Below, piece by piece: positions 38,441 through 52,775 of a stretch of 64,000 nt of DNA. Both the position numbers and the translations under genes were made by a program. Below the pieces are notes generated by a model that saw nothing but the letters and a program-made list of their open reading frames with translations, was not told the DNA's origin and ran no database searches. Position 1 is the first letter of the stretch; every line of letters begins with the position of its first letter. Origin of the DNA: Octopus bimaculoides (Eukaryota); NCBI RefSeq assembly GCF_001194135.2, contig NC_068985.1, forward strand, positions 15,872,304 through 15,936,303, read 5' to 3'.

Positions 38441-39339
38441 AGGTTTGGAGGTGATGTACAGGAATTATATATTAGAAAAAATAATAAGGTACTCAGATAT
38501 CTGGATGGTTGTACATTTACAGATTTTTATTAATATGTCACATGTTTTATAAATATTAGCGTTTGCACCTATTCTTGTAGGTTCTTCAAATATTTGACAG
38601 CTGTTTCTGAAACCTCAGAATTACGTAATAATTGTAAGCTCATAATTAACAGATGTAATGTTCAAAAAAGCATTGGTATGCAACCAGTAAATAGTCGTAT
38701 ACAGATATTACATTAAGACCGGCTGTGGAGCTGATAATAATTGCCATTTGGCGATTAATTATGTTACATCCACAAGAAGCGGAGATAATTTTAGTAAATC
38801 AAGATTTTATGTTGTATGGTATTTGTTATACTTGAATTTGTCAATATAGTTTAAATGCATGCCACTGGTCAGTCTGGCGTGTTTCTCTTTTTTGTTTAAA
38901 TTATGCAAAATACTTTGGCCTTAAATGTGTTCTAACTCTTTTTGCACAAGTCTAAGTCCCTTGGTTACTAGAATTAAGGTTTGGCAGTTGTCGTGCTGAT
39001 GAAAACTATTAAGCAAGAAACATATGTCCACCACTGAAATCTCCAGCTAATAAGCCTGTCCTTTCCTTAATGGCATGTATACTTGGGGAATTCACGAACT
39101 TTGAGATTATCTCCCCTTCTCATGTGGAGCTGACTTTAGCTGCCATTTTGCAATTATAATACATCCCTTTGAGGCAGAGAAATTTTAGAATTTATGTCGT
39201 ACAATATTTGATATAAATGTATTTGTCTATGTATATACATGTATGTATGATATAGATATATGTATATATAAACACACTTATACATGCGTGTGAATATATA
39301 TGTACATATGTACATATATAAATATATATATGCATGCTG

Positions 39340-39391
<52 letters not shown>

Positions 39392-39438
39392 GTATATATA
39401 TGTATATGTATGTATGTACACATACACACATACACACA

Positions 39439-39746
39439 CAGGGTGTTCAAAAAGTCTCTCCACAGTGAATTCTTTTCATCCTGCGCCACTTGAAGAGTTT
39501 TTCGGTAAACGGATTATTTCGAAGGGACTTTTTTTTTGGCCACCAAGATCACCTGATTTAACACTGCCATACTCTTTTTCTGTGTACAAGAATCGCCCTA
39601 AAATCATTAATGAGCTAAAAGACGAAATCGTAACCTTCACACGATCCATACCGCGTCAGACGCTCCAAGATGTATTTCAAAACATGTGTAGAAGAGTCAA
39701 CTTATATATTGAAAATGAAGGACGACACTTCCAACACCTCTTATAA
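39439..39746 (+). mobile_element. Internally deleted Tc1/mariner-superfamily element (rosa/DD41D-like C-terminus)
   Basis: cagggtgttcaaaaagtctctcc TIR-like start joined to LEEFFGKRIISKG..WPPRSPDLT...YKNRPK.INELKDEI..FQNMCRRVNLYIENEGRHFQHLL*. Confidence 0.8.
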
Positions 39747-40912
39747 AGTTTTTTTAAAGTCTTGTAAAGTCTAATATATTCTTTCGTAGTCTTATGCCAT
39801 TTTATAAATATTTAGATGAGCATGTCTATCGCTGACTGATATATCAAGCAATGTCTGTACGAGGGTTTTAAGTCGAATGCAGGTTGCACAACACCACAAC
39901 GACTCTCAGTAGAAATACCAAGAAGCTCAGAGACAAGCAAAGTGCGAAGTAACCCGGATCAGGAGAGTAGCGCGTTTTATATACGAATTGAAAATATAGT
40001 TACTGTTATATCGCACGTTCGGATGACCTCTATTCAACTACTCGACGTCTAGACTTCTCCCTCTATATCTACGTATTGGCCTAGCCTACTTCATCGAGTG
40101 GGAGCGTGGACACAACAGTTACAAAGCCTACTTCTGTATCGTCATGGTCATTTCCTGGATCTTTATAATTATTCAGCCAGCGACAAAATCTTCTCCATTT
40201 TTGAACACCGCTGTCAGTTTAAGTATTTTGTACATATGGATATACATGAGCTGCAACTATAGAAAAATTAATCAAGTGAAGGTAAACTTGAAGTGAATGC
40301 CAGAACTGATGTCCGAGTGAAGAAACTTCGTTACCGAACTATCATTTACATCATACTGAGTCTCTCCATGAATATTACGTATCACAAATTTGTCTTCAGC
40401 AAAGAGATTTATCGATTTTTTAAAATCTATTTATCGCAACCACTCCTGCTATTGAATCTTTGACACCTCTATTTGATGAAAGAGAGCTTCAACGATATCC
40501 CTTGGAGTTACTATAGTATTATCTAACGTTACATTATTTACTAAGATAATTCATTACTGTTAGAAAATGTCCATCAAGCTTTTCCATTCTATATAACAGT
40601 GTTTGTACTTTATCATTTCCAGTCTATATGCTTTTGTAGCTTACTGTATTCTGTACATATATTTAGCGAATGTGTCGAAATTTGAAGTTGCCTCATTTTC
40701 AGATGGCTTCAAAATATGACAAAAATACTCCACAATAATGTATATTATTAGATGTTGATATATAATCCGTATATAAAATATATGAAATGCTCTGAGGTTA
40801 GAAGTTTGTTTCTGCACTCATATAGCATATCGCGGTGAACAAGTTCAACTGCACTTTGAAACTCACAAGCACACATATACTCACATATGTACATAATATA
40901 TATATACTTATA

Positions 40913-41075
40913 TAGGAGTGGCTGTGTGGTAAGTAGCTTGCTTACCAACCACATGGTTCCGGGTTCAGTCCCACTGTGTGGCACCTTCGGCAAGTATCTT
41001 CTACTATAGCCTCAGGCCGACCAAAGCCATGTGAGTGGATTTGGTAGACAGAAACTGAAAGAAGCCCGTCGTATA
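40913..41075 (+). mobile_element. SINE family 2, 5' part (runs into microsatellite and gap)
   Basis: aggagtggctgtgtggtaagtagcttgcttaccaaccacatggttccgggttcagtcccactgtgtggcaccttcggcaagtatcttctactatagcc...gaaactgaaagaagcccgtcg. Confidence 0.92.
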
Positions 41076-41621
41076 TATGTATATGTATGTGTGTGTGTGT
41101 GTGTGTGTNNNNNNNNNNNNNNNNNNNNNNNNNNNNNNNNNNNNNNNNNNNNNNNNNNNNNNNNNNNNNNNNNNNNNNNNNNNNNNNNNNNNNNNNNNNN
41201 NNNNNNNNNNNNNNNNNNNNNNNNNNNNNNNNNNNNNNNNNNNNNNNNNNNNNNNNNNNNNNNNNNNNNNNNNNNNNNNNNNNNNNNNNNNNNNNNNNNN
41301 NNNNNNNNNNNNNNNNNNNNNNNNNNNNNNNNNNNNNNNNNNNNNNNNNNNNNNNNNNNNNNNNNNNNNNNNNNNNNNNNNNNNNNNNNNNNNNNNNNNN
41401 NNNNNNNNNNNNNNNNNNNNNNNNNNNNNNNNNNNNNNNNNNNNNNNNNNNNNNNNNNNNNNNNNNNNNNNNNNNNNNNNNNNNNNNNNNNNNNNNNNNN
41501 NNNNNNNNNNNNNNNNNNNNNNNNNNNNNNNNNNNNNNNNNNNNNNNNNNNNNNNNNNNNNNNNNNNNNNNNNNNNNNNNNNNNNNNNNNNNNNNNNNNN
41601 NNNNNNNNNNNNNNNNNNNNN

Positions 41622-41695
<74 letters not shown>

Positions 41696-42300
41696 AGTGT
41701 GTGTGTGTGTGTGTAGCCAATATGCGAAGTAATGCCGAAAACTCTGTATTGGCGAAAGGATATACATAAATTAAATGAGACAGGTAACCAGAGTAAAATT
41801 TGAAGCAAAGAGGAAACACACAAACGGAAAATACTATGGAGAGAGTTATATAATAAGAGAAAGCATGAACCTGAAAATCGCAGAAATATAAAACGAAAAG
41901 CAACAAAGAAGTGAAAGAAGTGTACAGTGAACCTTAACATGCTCGAGGGAGAAACAGAATACAATCTGCTGTTGAGGTTGATATTCTATATCAGAACAAG
42001 AGAAAGGATAGAAACAGAATTAAGAAGCAAGGGAAAACTGGAAAACGTACGACTGCATAAAAAAAAAAAGAAGAAAAGACGTCTGTTCACATAAAAAGTC
42101 TCAGAATGTTTTTCCCTATATTTTTTTTTATACTTTTCTGGCACGTGCTTTCACTTGTCCCACTCTGTGTTGTAATTTTATTCGTGTTACCTTTGTGATT
42201 TTTGCTTATATAAATATATACATACATAAGTCCTTGTTCGTATGTATATATATATGTATGTATGTATGTATGTATATATATTCCGTATAACGTTTGATAG

Positions 42301-42502
42301 CAAGGTGGTGAGCTAGCAGAATCGTTAGCACACCAGGTGAAATGCTTAGCCATATTTCACCTGCCGCTACGTTCTGAGTTCAAATTCCACCAATGTTGAC
42401 TTTCGGAGTCGATTAACCAAGTACCAGTTATGCACTGGGGTCGATGTAATCAACTTAATACCTTTCCCCAAATCTGAGGCCTTGTGCTTCCAATAGAAAG
42501 GA
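42301..42502 (+). mobile_element. SINE family 1 with deletion in the central domain
   Basis: aaggtggtgagctagcagaatcgttagcacacc...gagttcaaattccacc...gactttcggagtcgatt..aagtaccagttatgcactggggtcgat. Confidence 0.85.
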
Positions 42503-43648
42503 CAACGTCCGATAGCAACATACATATATCCCCAGGATTGTATGGCGGTCCATGATGGAACGTAACCTAGCTCACTAACACAACATTTTATAGAATGCTC
42601 TTCCTACGTCAACATTTGAAATAAGTTTCTAATACACGTGGTTCTATGACACAGTTATCAACCATAATTTGAAGGATCATACCCTAGCAACATTTTACAC
42701 ACACCAACACAGCTACCTCTTTCGCTCAATAAAGAATTTCCTCTTCCGTTATTTTCACAGTGAAAGCTCTCTGTGTATCGGTGCAGCAAACCGGCACTAA
42801 TATTCATAAAAAACAATTTCGTTCTTATCAAACATTAACATTTTGTTTCTGTGATATACTGCCGCATTTATTGAGTCAAAATCGGCGTCTGAAAGACCAC
42901 TTCAAATTCGCTAAAGACAGTGCTTGAGGTACAAGACGTTCCTACAAATAATACTACATTCTAAGATATTTAGATGACCTACTTTTCTAAATGAAGTACA
43001 ACTGAACTAATGCTTCGTGCGGCTTTCTATTGAGACGTATGCCGAGGTTTATTCAAAATGCAAACGAGAATGTCCTCGAGAAAGAAATTTAGTTTTTGAA
43101 ATGAATTGAAACTTTTGAGCCAATCAAAAACTGTCCCCAAACATTTTGAACGCCAACTTTACATTTGTTCTTTAGGATTTTATAATAATCTCAGTCCTAT
43201 CCATTAGACATAGATAAATAGAGAGATAGAGAGGTAAAAATATAGCCAGCAACACACGCAAGCACGTATACATACACACACAAGCACGCACACATACACA
43301 TATATATATATGTCCACATATATATATGCATGCGTATATATATATGTGCGTGTGTGTTTGTCTATATATATGTGTGTGTGTCTGCATGTATGGATAAATA
43401 GATAGATAGATAGATAGATGTTGAGAACAAGAGGCAGGATTTGGATAAAACTATTTATTTAGCGATTTCGTCCCTTTGAGGGGCGAAAGAGCTAAATATA
43501 TTTATATATACGCACGTATGCACGCACATACACATACGCACACATGCAAACGTACATGCATACATACGCACATACATACATGCATACTTACATACATACA
43601 TGCATACTTACATACATACATGCATACTTACATACATACATACATACA

Positions 43649-43689
<41 letters not shown>

Positions 43690-44109
43690 CTCTCTCTCTA
43701 TATATAATACACATTAATTACAGGACATCACCAACAAGCGAAAAACACGTAAACACACGAGAGATAAGTATAGGACAAAATATTTTAAAAATACACAATA
43801 AGAACAGAACATCAACAACGAGTGAAAAATACGAAAACACATAACGAGAAACAATTCATTTAAGACTTAGTTCACCAAAGGGCAAACCGCATATGGTATC
43901 ACAGGAAAGAATTATTTCACTATTTCAAACGAACATTGAAAAAAGTTCTTTAGCAAGAATACATATCAGGACTGGTATTTTTAATCATGAAACTTAAAAT
44001 AATGGAATACTAATGCGTTCTGACAACTGTATTAAATATATTTAGTGTGCAACTGATATCGTGAACTCGTTTTGCTGTATTTGTAATATTGCCTGCAAAT
44101 ATGATAATA

Positions 44110-44435
44110 TCAATAATAATGGCTTCCTTATTAACCACCAAGAGGTCAAAGACAGTAGTGTGATAAAGTGTGCCTGAAGGTAGCCTTTCTGCTTAACTCT
44201 CGTAGCTGCCACATCTTAGCGATCTCAATTCTCAGGCCTCCATATTTATCAATCTTTTCTCTTTCTTTCATGATATGTTGATCTCTTGACACTGCCACGT
44301 CAAACATTAGGTACTCTTGTTTGTCCTTCTTAAAGGTTATTATATCCGGCCTTCAGTGCTCTAATATCTTGTCTGTCTGGAAGTCAAAGTCCCAGAGGAT
44401 TTTTACCTTCTCCCTTTTCGTCCATTATCTTTTCC

Positions 44436-44438
<3 letters not shown>
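44110..44438 (-). mobile_element. Dong/R4-type LINE 3' fragment next to (ATT)n
   Basis: KVKILWDFDFQTDKILEH*RPDIITFKKDKQEYLMFDVAVSRDQHIMKEREKIDKYGGLRIEIAKMW; (TAT)n array at 44439-44505. Confidence 0.85.
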
Positions 44439-44510
<72 letters not shown>

Positions 44511-44519
44511 GTATATGTA

Positions 44520-45642
44520 TTGGGTTGTCCGGAAAGTTCGTGCCGATTTTTAAAGGAAAGAAAAAGGTCAATAAATACTTGCCATTACATTTTTAATCAA
44601 CCAAATATGAACCATTTTGTTGCACAATGCGTCTCCGTCTTTCCTTTAACTTGAAAATACCCTCTTCCCAGAAGTGAGGTGGTTTCATGGCAAAGAATTC
44701 ATCAAGGCATCTTTTTACGTCATCCAAGGAATTGAAATTTTTACCATTAAGACTATTTCCCAAAGAAACGGGCGGTCTTGCATTATCATGTTGGAAAACA
44801 ACACCGAACACCGTTCATGTTGGCCAATTCTGGACGTTTCTCTTGGATTGCTGCTTTTAACTCGTCCAGTTGTGTGCAGTATTTCTCAGAATTAATTGTC
44901 AGAATTAATTGTCTGGTTACTTGGGAGAATTCCTTTCCGATCCCACCAGGCACAAAGCAAGACTTTTTTAGGGTGAAGACCCGCTTTTGGGGTGGCTAAG
45001 GGCGGCTCATGTCGCTTACTCCAGGATCACTTTCTCTGAATATTTCGGTAGATAATCCATTTCTCATCACCTGCCACAATTTGCTTGAAAAAAGGCGCGT
45101 TTTCATTCCGTTTATAAAGCGAATCACAGATGGAAATGCGATCCAAAAGGTTCTTCTCACTCAACTCATGTGGTACCCAAACATTGTAGCGATTTGTGTA
45201 CCCAGGCTTTACCAGGTGCTCATGAACGAGGGATTTTGACAGGTTGAGGCTTTCTGCCAATTCTCGGGTTGTGCAATGTGGGTTATTCTCAATTAATGAC
45301 TTGATTTGGTCATCATCTGTAGTGGATGGTCTGCCTGATCGCTCTTTATCAATAAGGCTACAATTTCCAGCTCGTAACCTTGCGAACCACTTCCGTACAG
45401 TTCTTTCGGATAAAGAAACATCACCGTAAACTGCGTATATTTCTTTGGTTGCTTGTGACGCATTTTTCCCTTTACGGAAAAAGAAAAGCATCAAGTGCCG
45501 AAAATGTACTTTCTTATCTTCCATTTTAAAGAGTTACAGAATTAACACAGGTTATAGGAACATAAACCTTCTTCCACGAAAATTGTGCTCTAAATGGAGG
45601 TGTAGTCAAATCCTATTTTATGGTCTCAACCATGTTCTAAAA
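44520..45642 (-). mobile_element. Mariner (DD34D) element, defective; other end lost in gap
   Basis: TA plus ttgggttgtccggaaagttcgtgccgatttt TIR; ORF 45524-45027 with HTH, RSGRP, WVPHELS and IVAGDEKWIIY, then a frameshift; HDNARP is followed by a deletion of the YSPDLAP segment. Confidence 0.95.
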
Positions 45643-46789
45643 NNNNNNNNNNNNNNNNNNNNNNNNNNNNNNNNNNNNNNNNNNNNNNNNNNNNNNNNNN
45701 NNNNNNNNNNNNNNNNNNNNNNNNNNNNNNNNNNNNNNNNNNNNNNNNNNNNNNNNNNNNNNNNNNNNNNNNNNNNNNNNNNNNNNNNNNNNNNNNNATA
45801 TATATATATATATATATACATACATGCATACACATATATGTATATATGTATTTAAGTATATATTCGTGCGTATAAGTGTGTGTATCTTATGTACAGGTGC
45901 AAGTTCATAACGAGCGCGGATTTACACATAATTGTATTGAGGAAGACATTTTCGTAAAAGAACGTTCAAATCGTATTTCAATTGATTTCGACAGGTTCTG
46001 GGAATAGCTGTAGAGTTACAGCTGAGTTCAAGATTGTCATCTGCATATTTTAATACAAACACGCCGTTGTGAGACACGTTGCTTGTTGATATTTCATTCT
46101 TTCAATATTCGTAAACACAACTTGTCGCAACTCTCAGAAGCCACTTAGTTGAATTTTCTTGTTTTTCTTGAGTGGAATTACAATTTATTTTTCAAGCGAA
46201 ATGTTAAGCAGATTATATTAACATTACAGATTTAAATGCATATATACAAATATACATATATCTATATTTATGACTGTCTATATACACATGTGTGTGCGTG
46301 AGTGAGTGTTTATATATTTTATGTATATGTATACATATAGATAGATGGATTGACAAACAGACAAACAAATAGGCAGACGCATGAATAGATCTACATAAAT
46401 AATTCATTTTCGTTCGCTATTACCTAGCACGTTCTTACAATCACTTTCAACTTTCTCATTGTAACTAACCTTTCCACGCACTCAAATATATTGCATACAC
46501 TACGAATGTATACACTACGTCCCACATTATTAGGCAAATCAACCATCTCTCAATAAATAAACGTATATTCTTCCAAAACCAGTTGTTTTCTCACTGACTG
46601 TTGGCAACATCTTTCTGCGCACATTCTGTTAAAATAAATCGGATCTGCGCAGACATTGTGTCAGAACAAACATTTATTTAATTCAACAGTAAAGGTTTAA
46701 CAAGAAACTATTCATAAAGGACTTAATGGTAAATATAATACCACGTTCGAATGAAAATAATCATGGGATTGTAATGTCATACAACTCCT

Positions 46790-47400
46790 AACGTTTGATG
46801 TATGATCCTCCACATACAATAACCTTCCTTATGCGCTGATCCATTGAATCTGTCAAAGTGATGATATCCTCTTGTGTCATGTTTTGAGCAGCATCTACAA
46901 TAGCATCCCAGAAGCAACTTTACTTGAAAACTGTCGTCCATCTTGGTAAACGCACCTTTTCAGGACACTCCACAGGTTCTCGATCAGTTTTAAGTCAGGG
47001 GAACAAGGTGGCCACTCCATCAAACGACCTTCAGAGAAGCCTATTTGCTGCTGGTATTCCTTAGTATTTTTCGTTGTATGAGACAGGTCAGCCCCCAAAA
47101 TGACCTCTCCTCTCCCCTGTTGGCGTCTGAAAACTATGAGGACGGCTCCCTCTGATACCCAATCTTCACTCCAGTCATCTGGTCCGTCAAGGGTAGCACG
47201 GCATTCGTCAGTGAATAGAACTGTTGACAAATTCTATCTCCAAGTATTCTTCTGCACATTTCAGTCTCTTCTGCTTTGAACATCCTTCAGGGAGGGCCTT
47301 GTAACAAATTTAACATTCTTGGCTACCTGCATTAAGAGCCGACACCTGGTGGTTTTCGATACGTCTTCCCTGCCACAACGTTTGAAGCCTTCTTTAAAAC
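46790..47400 (-). mobile_element. Tc1-like transposase remnant, internally deleted
   Basis: KTTRCRLL...RPSL...KRLKCAEEYL..FSTVLFTDECRATLDGPD.W...RRQQGRG.V; WPPCSPDLKLIENLWSVLKRCVYQDGRQFSSK..WDAI...SMDQRIRKVI..GGSYIK. Confidence 0.88.
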
Positions 47401-47988
47401 GGCAACCACATTAACAGTAGCAGAATTACCATCTCACTACATTTACACATTCAAAGCAGTTTGCCAACGGTCCTTCAGTAGCAACACACTTTGATAAATT
47501 CAATGGCTTCTACTAAATATGGACCACAAGAAACAGAAAGGATGTTCTTGAAGCTGAAAATTTAAATTTACGGAGACAATATCTATATATAGCCCGAGGA
47601 AACACAACTAGATCTCATAATGCAAGGAAACGATTGCATAATCAAGTACCTGTACCCTTGAAGAACTACGTTGCGTGGAAACAATTGTAGTGATTAAAAA
47701 CAAATGTTCAACCGTACTCCTTCTTGCTGACTCCATATTTTTTCAATTTCTATTTACACATGACAGATGCCCATATGCAAACCTGAAAGTACGTATAATA
47801 CTAAAACTGGATAGCACAGGGTAAAATCTGAAGGTGGACGAGCTTTATACTGTACTCTACTACATTCCTAATAGAATATAACATAACTATATATATGTAT
47901 ATACATATATATATGTTTATATATATATATATATATAATTTTATATATGTATGTATACATATATACATACATGCATACATATCTACAT

Positions 47989-48019
<31 letters not shown>

Positions 48020-48191
48020 CACACATATATAGAAATACATATATATGTCTCCATTTTATCTCTTATTTTTCTCTGTCGAAGAACATAGACGCGAAACGTA
48101 AAAGACTTTTCCATTTTCCCGAGCGTTAAGCTAATACACCTGTTTGTTGTTCCTACATCTGTCCTTGTCTTACGTTGTTTGTAAATTTGAA

Positions 48192-48306
<115 letters not shown>

Positions 48307-48743
48307 TGCGCGCGCGTGCGTATAGTACTTCTATATGTATATGCATTGTATCTTTACATTTCTGTTTTGACCCTTGATGTCAATTTTAAATTTGACTATC
48401 ATCATTATAATCCTTATAATTAATTATTGCCAGTTTCCATTAGTTGATGTAACCACAGAAAACGTTAGCGAAGATTAATTATAAACGGTTATTATTTTGT
48501 TAACAAGTATTTTAATCAATGGTGCAATAATAATTATTCAAATCATGCTACACGGTTACTTTGACAGGACATTTCTCTAATTTCAAACTGTCATCTTTTG
48601 TTGGTTTCGATTTATGTTTTTGGTCTGACTGAATTGAATAACATATAGTCAAAAGTATCCAAGCTACGGATGCTGCATAGATATATTTTCTTCTCACAAT
48701 CACAATATATTACCAATATACCCTTCACTTACTGAAAGATGGT

Positions 48744-49121
48744 TGTTGTTGTTGGCACTCCATCGCTTACGACGTGGAGGGTTCCAGTTGATCCGATCAA
48801 CGGAACAGCCTGCTCGTGAAATTAACGTGCAAGTGGCTGAGCACTCCACAGACTCGTGTACCCTTAACGTAGTTCTCGGGGATATTCAGCGTGACAAGGC
48901 TGACCCTTTGAATTACAGGCACAACAGAAACAGGAAGTAAGAGTGAGAGAAAGTTGTGGTGAAAGAGTACAGCAGGGTTCACCACAATTCCCTGCCGGAG
49001 CCTCGTGGAGCTTTAGGTGTTTTCGCTCAATAAACACTCACAACGCCCGGTCTGGGAATCGAAACCGCAATCTTATGACCGCGAGTCCGCTGCCCTAACC
49101 ACTGGACGATCGCGCCTCCAC
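48744..49121 (-). mobile_element. SINE family 3 (tRNA-derived), full length with 14-bp target-site duplication
   Basis: Minus-strand head gtggaggcgcg...cagtggttagggcagcggactcgcggtc...ggtttcgattcccagacc (B box), tail (caa)n; TSD tactgaaagatggt (48730-48743) / tactgaaagacggt (49122-49135). Confidence 0.93.
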
Positions 49122-50119
49122 TACTGAAAGACGGTAATGTGCACTTAAAGAGAGCGAGAATAGAGAGAGAAAAGGAGAGAAGGAAAGAGGGGGTGAGAGA
49201 GAGGTTAGTTATTTCTAGGCGGTTCGATCAGCACGTAGAAACACTGTCATTAGCCTATATCATTACTTGCACAATTCTTATGTAGAATTTAAATTTGCAA
49301 GTAATGAGTTGTTAGATTAGTTATCAGGAATGTATAAAATAATTCAATATCTATACCATCAGTTGCTTTAATATTTCTGAAAGTCAGCTACTTGTGAAAT
49401 CGTTGATAGTCATTAACTAACGATGCCCCCAGGTCAACCCTAACACAGACAGGTGACAAAATAATAATGATATCGGTTCTAAAATGTATTAACATTTTGA
49501 TCTTTTCGTTCGCCTTTCTCTTACCAGTGTCATATTGTGTATGCTGTAAAATAAATAAAACGATAGGTATAGATGAAGAATCGATAGAACATTAGCTAAG
49601 TAGAATGAAAATGGCCTGCGCATCGATAGGAAACTTAGAAGAGACAATATCCAACAGACCGAGTCAGGCGTCTCGAAAGAAAATTAACTAGAAAAGACGA
49701 TCCAAGCAGTAAAGCTAGTGCGACACGACTTGCAATCACAATTCTTTAAAGTTCTTTATTGATTATTTTTATCGGCGTGAAAATTTCTACATTCAAATGC
49801 TGGTCATGTTTTCTCTTCTTTTCTCTTGTGATGTATACGTAAATATTTACGGAATTATGAGAAGACTTAAACAGGATCTTCCCCCCTTAAGGTTCTTGAA
49901 ATCTCTATAGTAATGATTATTTTATTTTCTCCTGACGGCTTTGTGTGTTATCTGATATATGCGTGTTATGTGTCAAACTTCGGAATCAGCATACAAATTG
50001 TCAGGATATAATTTTTCTGATCTTGCTTTCTTTCATACAAACGACATTTAAGCGTGGCAGGTGACTGGTAGAAACAGCAGCGCATTATATGCCATAATGT
50101 ATTGCATTATATAGCTACA

Positions 50120-50275
50120 TGTGTAGAGTTCAATTTCACTGAAGTCAAATTTACTTTTCCTCTTTTCAGGGCTCGATAAAATAAAGTACCAGTCAAATAC
50201 TGAGATCGATGGCATCAACTAGTACCCTCCCCTCAGATGTCCAGGTATTGTGCGTAAATCAGAAACCGTTATTCT
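50120..50275 (+). mobile_element. Degenerate SINE family 1
   Basis: gagttcaatttcactgaagtcaaatttac...ttcagggctcgataaaataaagtaccagtcaaatactgagatcgatg. Confidence 0.7.
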
Positions 50276-51540
50276 CATTGTTGTTGTTACTGCTGCTGCT
50301 GATTCTGTAGGTTTTTTTTCATGTTGTTTTGCGTTGAATAGACTTCAGCAATACAGCACTGGATAAAATTTAATTACCTTTTACTCTGTGTGAATAATTT
50401 TGCTACCAAAGCGCTTTGGGAGATTTAGATGTCTACTGCGTTAGCTAGTGGTGGAAAAATAGGTTTAGTCAGTTGAGATACGATGTAAACATTAATAAGG
50501 TTTTTCTCTTCCGAAGCGAAAGTGATGCTTGTTACAAACCTGTTGGAGATGGATATGGACCAGAAAATTTCAGGAAAAAATGTAAACTGCGTAAATTCCG
50601 TTATTAAAAATGCAGATTAGAGAAATAAAACAGATAGAAAAAAAATGAGGATAACTGAACAAGTAGACAACTTTGAAAACTTAAACAAATGTAAATGTAA
50701 AATGTAATGGTAACTTATATAACTTTAATAAGAGAAACAAGATTTGCAAATTTAACAAGCCAGAGAGAAACACTAAACATATATCAGCTCACCAGAAAAA
50801 TGAAGAAAAACAAGAGAAAGAAGACTGACTAAACAACTATGAAATATAACACAAACAGTGCCTTCTTGTTGAATAAATGACCAGAAGGAAAGCGACGTAA
50901 CTGTTTTATAAAGCGTAGGTTTCTATACATCTTCAAGGGAGCACAGTTGGAGGATGCTTTTGGTGAGAGGAAGCCTTGGTCGATGAATTTGTACGAGTAA
51001 AGGAAAGAGCAATTCCATTGGTTGTCGGTCACTGATTTATTGCATGCACAAGATTCTGAGCAGATGTTCTTTATACGAGAGTTATATATCCTAGTTACGT
51101 ACTCTTTGTTACTACATGATATATCTAATGTAGTCCCACTACATGATATATCTAATCTAATAAGTCGTAGCACCTCTCATCAGAAATTGAAGAAATGGTC
51201 AGGTCGGTCACAGAGATGATGCTAGACTAGTCTTTAGTATTTCTTTGTTTTTCAATCGGACAGAAACATTTATCCTTACTAAATTCCTTTACTATATCTT
51301 TTGAGAATATCATAATTTGGTTAGAGCCCTTCTCCATATTATTCATATTCTTTGCGTATATTTTCAGATTGTCAACGAAGAATCTGTATGTTAGACGGGT
51401 TTTTCAGTCTTTCTGAGGGTAGACCACATGCCCTTCAGATTTTTTTCCCCGAGATGTTGATGGAAAAACTGAAAGTATAAACAGCATTACGTCTTCGAAT
51501 ATTTCAGTACGATACTGTATACTATCAAAAGCAATGCTGT

Positions 51541-51767
51541 CACTTCCTTTATATACTTTCAGCAGGTGACCTAAGGCAAAGCCAGGTTGTCTGTGACGTG
51601 ACCCTGTGACATGACCTGGTGTAGCATCCGTGTAGAAGAAACTAGATATTTTATTGCAATACTGCCAGAGTGTAACTAAATGTTAATGAAATGTCTCCTA
51701 AATCTACGCACTGATGACATCACAGTTTTATTGATTAAATCTTGCTCAATACATTCCAAAAATGCTT
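51541..51767. repeat. 227-bp direct repeat, copy 1
   Basis: Aligns with 52775-53001 (tttcagcaggtgacc...gccagagtgtaactaaatgttaatgaaatgtctcctaaa...catcacagttttattgattaaatcttgctcaatacattcc). Confidence 0.92.
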
Positions 51768-52319
51768 CCTTCTCAGGTGTTTGGTCAGCTGTGATGATAT
51801 TGTTACTATTCCGGAGAATAAATTCAGACATTTCATACTGCCAGGTTTTCACCACGTGAGTAGATTTATTTTTCTTGTTATCAGATTTGTTATTTGCCAA
51901 TGCCAACCATCTTAATATATCTATATGTCCATCGAGAGCTTGTTGGCAAAGATCAGTTAGATAACCCCAGTAGAAGGTTATTTTATGTATACTTATGCAC
52001 ATATATTTATGTATGCATGCATGTAGGTATGTATTTATGTATGTACGTATGTATGTAAGGATGGGTGTGTTTAAGTATGCATGTTTTCTCTTATTTTCAC
52101 TTTATTGAAGTCTTCCCATGAGGAAGGAGCTGGTCTCTAACAAAGATGCAAAGTTCCATCGTTGAAATATAACAAAAGCAACGTGAGAAGTATTGCATAC
52201 TTTTGCTTACAAATCGTATTTGTAGTGTGCGAGTTATCTGGTTGATAAAGTTTTCTGAAACTCTGGACGTTTACAGATTGTCAGTTAGACATGTATGTAT
52301 GTATGTATGTATGTATGTC

Positions 52320-52775
52320 ATTATTAAGTTTATTTCAAGATTTCTTGCCAATAAAGAAAGAACCGGTTTCTAACCTAGATCCAAGGCTCCTTCATTGGAA
52401 TTTCAACATCAACAACAGGGTATTTTTATGTATGTATGTATGTATGTATGTATGTATGAATGTATGTGCAGATTTGTATATTTCATGAATGTATTCTCAT
52501 GCATATAGTTGCATATCAAGACATGCATATGTAGACATGCTCATATATATTTAAATGATAAACTTCTGGAAAGATTTACAATTTTTACAGTTCCAGTGAT
52601 GGATTGGATCTGTAGTCTTCGAAATAACTTTCTCATTTCTGGATTTGAGAAGCCTAATTTCTCTAGATTGGTATTTAGGCAGGGCCCAAATAATTACAGA
52701 TAAAAACCTGAACTTGTAATCGGGACAGAGTAACTGCAGATTTTTCAATAGTTCAGCATAGGTGTTCTCTTTTTC
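52320..52775 (-). mobile_element. Dong/R4-type LINE 3' end with putative 3' UTR
   Basis: SEKENTYAELLKNLQLLCPDYKFRFLSVIIWAL ... KNCKSFQKFII*, then a UTR shared with 34965-35180 that ends at (CATA)n. Confidence 0.85.

Noticed and set aside
48066-48110. ctgtcgaagaacatagacgcgaaacgtaaaagac, hammerhead-like GAAAC-GUA
   Set aside because: No CUGANGA core and stem II does not pair in this copy. It may belong to a decayed repeat, but it cannot be supported as a ribozyme.
49050-49121. tRNA-like sequence with A and B boxes (also heads at 12161, 24608, 40913)
   Set aside because: No complete cloverleaf, and each continues into a repeated SINE body; these are SINE heads, not tRNA genes.
51555-51575. tttcagcag NAGNAG-like acceptor at the start of both 227-bp repeats
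   Set aside because: Downstream plus-strand frames hit stops quickly and no matching donor was evident.
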